Assembly: GCA_964543375.1 (NCBI GenBank)
Contig: CAZIYD010000005.1
Coordinates: 1-40,864 of the forward strand
Direction of reading: 5' to 3'
From: an uncultured Muribaculaceae bacterium
GTDB taxonomy: Bacteria; Bacillota_I; Bacilli_A; RF39; UBA660
Length of the DNA stretch: 40,864 bases
Below the pieces are notes generated by a model. It saw only the letters and a program-made list of their open reading frames with translations, had not been told where the DNA came from and did no database searches. Shown here in pieces: positions 37,851 through 40,864 of this stretch. Each line of letters starts with the position of its first letter. The first letter of the stretch is position 1. Both the position numbers and the translations under genes were made by a program.

Positions 37851-39936
37851 ATTCTTCAAAAAATGTAATTGTTATTTCTTTTATATTAGCTATACTTATT
37901 CCCGCTTCAATACTTTGTTTATATAGTTTACCCTTTTTTTCTGAATCATAAAGAGAATCTTCTTTTTTTATTTCTTTTATTGTTATTGTTATTTTATCAT
38001 TTACTTTGTTTTTCCAATCATTAGCCATTTTGATAGTATAGTTAGAGAAATCAGGAACCTTAGATAAATCTTCTTCTAAAATTTTAGGAGTATATTTTCC
38101 AACCTCTATAATTAAATCACCTTTTATATCTTTTACAATATATCCATATGGGATATTTTGACTTTTTACTATGTCGTTTTCACTCTCTTTATTTACTTCA
38201 ACTTCTTTTATAATTATATTTATATTGTTTTTTTCGGCCCACGATTTTGCAACACTAGATTTTTGATTTACAAAATTATCTAGTGTGTTTATTGTATACA
38301 CTTTTGAATATGGACCTTTTCCAATTGTCACCTTTTGATAAGGTTTATTTATAGAAAATGATGTTTCTTTTATTATATTTGGGTTTTCTTTTTCTAGATT
38401 TATATTCATTGCATGTACTATGTCTTTTAAGCTATCTCTATTATAATGAAAAACATATAAAAGTTTTTTAAAACTTGTATAATATACCATTTCCCCTCTA
38501 CCTTCTAAATATAGAGGATCTAGAGAAAATTTAGAATTTTTATCTATTAACATAGTTTTTCCAATGTTATATAAAGATAAAATTTGGCCTGTACTCATAT
38601 TTGTTTCTAAGTTATTACTAAGTAAGTCTAATATTGAATATATCTCATTTATATTTTTTATTTCTTTTAATTTATCTAATATACTAACTATTATTTTTTG
38701 TTGGTTTTGACCACGCACAAAATCATTTTTATTTTCCCCTTTATATTTTGGACAGTATTTTGACATTGTTCTACCAACATCTGATCCATCGTTTGGATTA
38801 TGACGATTTCTAGCAAGCGCTAGAGCTTGTTCTCCATTTATCTTTCTATATCCCTTTTCAATAAATACTGTGTTTTTTCCCCAGTCTCTGTTACTGTTTT
38901 GTTCACAAAGACTATATGGAACATCTATATATATTCCACCCAACTTATCTACAAGTTTAACTAAACCTTTAAAGTTTATTTTTGAATAATAATCTATTTT
39001 GATATTTGTAAAATTCTCGATTGTTTTTATCATACAATCTTGTCCATAACTTGCAGCGTGTGTTATTTTATCTTCTCTTTTATCTTTATAGCAGTCAATT
39101 GGAACATATGTATCTCTAGGAATACTCAAAATAGTAGAATTTAGAGTTTTTGGATTTAATGTTAAAAGTAATAGCGAATCCCCATTAAATGCTGAACCTT
39201 CTTTTATGTTTTCATAAGTAGAATCTACTCCCATAAGTAGAATTGTAAAAGGTTTATCTACCATAGTTTCTGTATTTTTATTATTTTTGACAATTTTACT
39301 TTTACTTAATAATATAAGTGTCTCATTTTTTATATTTGAAAAGCCATTAGATGAAAAAAGTGTTGGATAATTAGAATTTAAAAATATAGCATCTACTTCT
39401 TTATCATATAATGCTTGTATCATAGAGATTATATTATCATATTCAACAATTTTATTATTGCTTCTAAGTTTTTTCTCATTAATTATTTCAGTTGGAATAA
39501 CGTAATTATCTATGCTGTTTTTATCATTAAGTAAACCAATTTTCTTGTTTGATATTTTTTCAACTCTATCTAATTTACTATCTTTTAAAGTAATTAAACT
39601 AGAAGAGTATTTTGTTTCGTTAGAACTAATACTGTTTATAGACATATATACTTTATTTAAAGCATTATATGTCAGACATTCTAACAAAAACAAAACAACT
39701 AAAACAATTGACAATACAATAGATTTTTTCTGTTTTTTGTTAAAAATAACTTTAAAAACTTTTAATGTGACTAGTGAAAATGTTAAAATTAAAACAAAAA
39801 TTACTAAATATCTAAATATATTCTCTATATTATCAATTATATAAATTGTTTTTATTAAGTAAAGATTACTAACTAAAAAAAGTATATAAATCATAACAAG
39901 TAATATAAATTTTCTGTTTTTTAATATGTTTTTCAT
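37849..39936 (-). CDS. LCP (LytR-CpsA-Psr) glycopolymer ligase with CpsA/Wzg-like architecture and two C-terminal PASTA-like repeats
   Basis: 3 TMs and an accessory domain; LLMGVDS, SIPRDTY, LARNRH and DFVRGQNQQ motifs; tail repeats LDNFVNQ...AKSWA and VPDFSNY...ANDW. Confidence 0.85.
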   Translation of the reverse strand: MKNILKNRKFILLVMIYILFLVSNLYLIKTIYIIDNIENIFRYLVIFVLILTFSLVTLKVFKVIFNKKQKKSIVLSIVLVVLFLLECLTYNALNKVYMSINSISSNETKYSSSLITLKDSKLDRVEKISNKKIGLLNDKNSIDNYVIPTEIINEKKLRSNNKIVEYDNIISMIQALYDKEVDAIFLNSNYPTLFSSNGFSNIKNETLILLSKSKIVKNNKNTETMVDKPFTILLMGVDSTYENIKEGSAFNGDSLLLLTLNPKTLNSTILSIPRDTYVPIDCYKDKREDKITHAASYGQDCMIKTIENFTNIKIDYYSKINFKGLVKLVDKLGGIYIDVPYSLCEQNSNRDWGKNTVFIEKGYRKINGEQALALARNRHNPNDGSDVGRTMSKYCPKYKGENKNDFVRGQNQQKIIVSILDKLKEIKNINEIYSILDLLSNNLETNMSTGQILSLYNIGKTMLIDKNSKFSLDPLYLEGRGEMVYYTSFKKLLYVFHYNRDSLKDIVHAMNINLEKENPNIIKETSFSINKPYQKVTIGKGPYSKVYTINTLDNFVNQKSSVAKSWAEKNNINIIIKEVEVNKESENDIVKSQNIPYGYIVKDIKGDLIIEVGKYTPKILEEDLSKVPDFSNYTIKMANDWKNKVNDKITITIKEIKKEDSLYDSEKKGKLYKQSIEAGISIANIKEITITFFEE

Positions 39937-40001
39937 GTTTCCTCACAACTCTAATAATTATATATTAAATATAAATAATTAACAACATAAAAAAGAAAAT
40001 A

Positions 40002-40010
40002 TGATATAAT
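40002..40010 (+). promoter_or_regulatory. Extended -10 promoter for the pilin-like gene
   Basis: TGaTATAAT, then a GAGGT RBS and the ATG at 40041. Confidence 0.55.
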
Positions 40011-40040
40011 AAATAATATATAATATAGTGTGAGGTAATA

Positions 40041-40864
40041 ATGAAAAAGAATAATAAAACTCTAGGATTTACAATGATAGAGATGCTAGCAACAATCTTG
40101 GTATTGTTGATAGTGCTTTTAATCGCAACACCAAGTATAAGAAGGATGCTTAATAAAACAAATGATTTATCAAAAGAGTACGTAGAGAATCTGGTAATAG
40201 ATGCAGCGAAAGAATATGCATCCGTAACAAATAAAACGGTAACAGATACACTCAAGTTAGTTGGAGATAAAAACGTAATATTTTTAGAGACCCTTTTAAA
40301 TATGGGATTAATAGAGCAAAGCGATATAGATAAATTGGGTGCAGAAGCAAGAGTACTATTAACATTAAAAGATAATAACTATCTAGAATATAAAATAGTA
40401 TATGATGGTTCATTGGCAGAAAATACTAATGGACAAATAATATTACTTGGAGGAAACCCAACATATGTGAGACAAAACACACCATATATGGAACCTGGAT
40501 ATATAGCGCTTGATAGTTTGGGGAATATAGTAAACGGAGAAGTAGAGATAACAGGAGAAGTAAATACAGCGATACTAGGTGTATATGAAAAGACATATAA
40601 ATATACAGATGAAAAAAACAATGTAATAGAAGTAAAAAGGACAGTAATAGTATATGATTCTACATATCCAAAAGTAACAGTAGCAACAACAATATCAAAC
40701 AATCCATATAATAATAAGTTTGCAAAAAATGGAGAGAGAATAACATTAAATATAACGTTTAGTAAGGTAGTAACAGATCCAAAAGTAACAATAGGAGGAA
40801 GAGAGGCAGTAGTAACAGGAAGTGGGTTAACAAGAGTAGCAACATTAAATATACCATCAAATGA
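40041..40864 (+). CDS. 3'-truncated type IV prepilin-like protein fused to DUF5011-like and further Ig-like domains (absent from the ORF track)
   Basis: My translation: MKKNNKTLG|FTMIEMLATILVLLIVLLIATP (class III signal, Glu at +5), then ILLGGNPTYV...YMEPGYIALD...GEVNT..LGVY...Y...RTVIVYD. The frame is open to the window end. Confidence 0.85.
   Translation, partial: MKKNNKTLGFTMIEMLATILVLLIVLLIATPSIRRMLNKTNDLSKEYVENLVIDAAKEYASVTNKTVTDTLKLVGDKNVIFLETLLNMGLIEQSDIDKLGAEARVLLTLKDNNYLEYKIVYDGSLAENTNGQIILLGGNPTYVRQNTPYMEPGYIALDSLGNIVNGEVEITGEVNTAILGVYEKTYKYTDEKNNVIEVKRTVIVYDSTYPKVTVATTISNNPYNNKFAKNGERITLNITFSKVVTDPKVTIGGREAVVTGSGLTRVATLNIPSN

Noticed and set aside
124-39844. The many 60-156 aa ORF-track entries lying antisense or out of frame within longer genes (for example 434-718, 6123-6380, 11123-11593, 23261-23638, 28393-28674, 39512-39844)
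   Set aside because: They are nested within well-supported CDSs and have no recognisable motifs. Their F/L/I/S-rich composition is what the reverse strand of AT-rich genes produces.
39965-40702. Minus-strand ORFs 39965-40255 and 40379-40702
   Set aside because: They are antisense shadows of the plus-strand pilin-like gene starting at 40041, which has a promoter, an RBS and a clear motif.
1-40864. Mollicute genetic code (TGA = Trp) suggested by the low GC
   Set aside because: Several genes end in TGA with ATGA overlaps or terminator pairing, and conserved Trp codons checked (for example RHHRW) are TGG.
40560-40864. Diversity-generating retroelement repeat suggested by A-richness
   Set aside because: I saw no second near-identical copy and no reverse transcriptase; the bias is at synonymous third positions.
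1-40864. tRNA, rRNA, CRISPR arrays and IS elements
   Set aside because: Intergenic gaps are all under about 185 bp and AT-rich. I saw no cloverleaf, spaced direct repeats, transposase or terminal inverted repeats.

Overview
A gene-dense, very AT-rich chromosomal window (roughly a quarter G+C by eye) from a low-GC Bacillota/Bacilli-type bacterium. It uses the standard code: TGA is a stop and Trp is TGG. A streamlined RF39-like lineage is my inference only. Most of the window is housekeeping (uppP, asnS, rluB, ferredoxin, thiI, ackA, nrnA-like DHH, engB, der, hup, gatCAB). The standout locus is a 2543-aa cyclic beta-1,2-glucan synthase-like gene (GT84 + GH189-type cyclisation + GH94 domains). 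It is divergent from pgm and overlaps pgi by 1 nt, in an apparently monoderm cell with no glucan exporter in the window. A second cluster links a tandem Venus-flytrap/degenerate GGDEF (DGNEF) receptor, YihY and an LtaS-family enzyme with Ser at the catalytic Thr position, facing a CpsA-like LCP-PASTA fusion. Both window ends cut large surface-protein genes: a Cys-rich Ig-repeat protein whose frame is open from base 3, and a type IV pilin-Ig fusion from 40041 that the ORF track missed. All five convergent gene junctions carry hairpins built partly from coding sequence. I found no rRNA, tRNA, CRISPR array or mobile element. All protein calls come from motif recognition by eye, not database searches.
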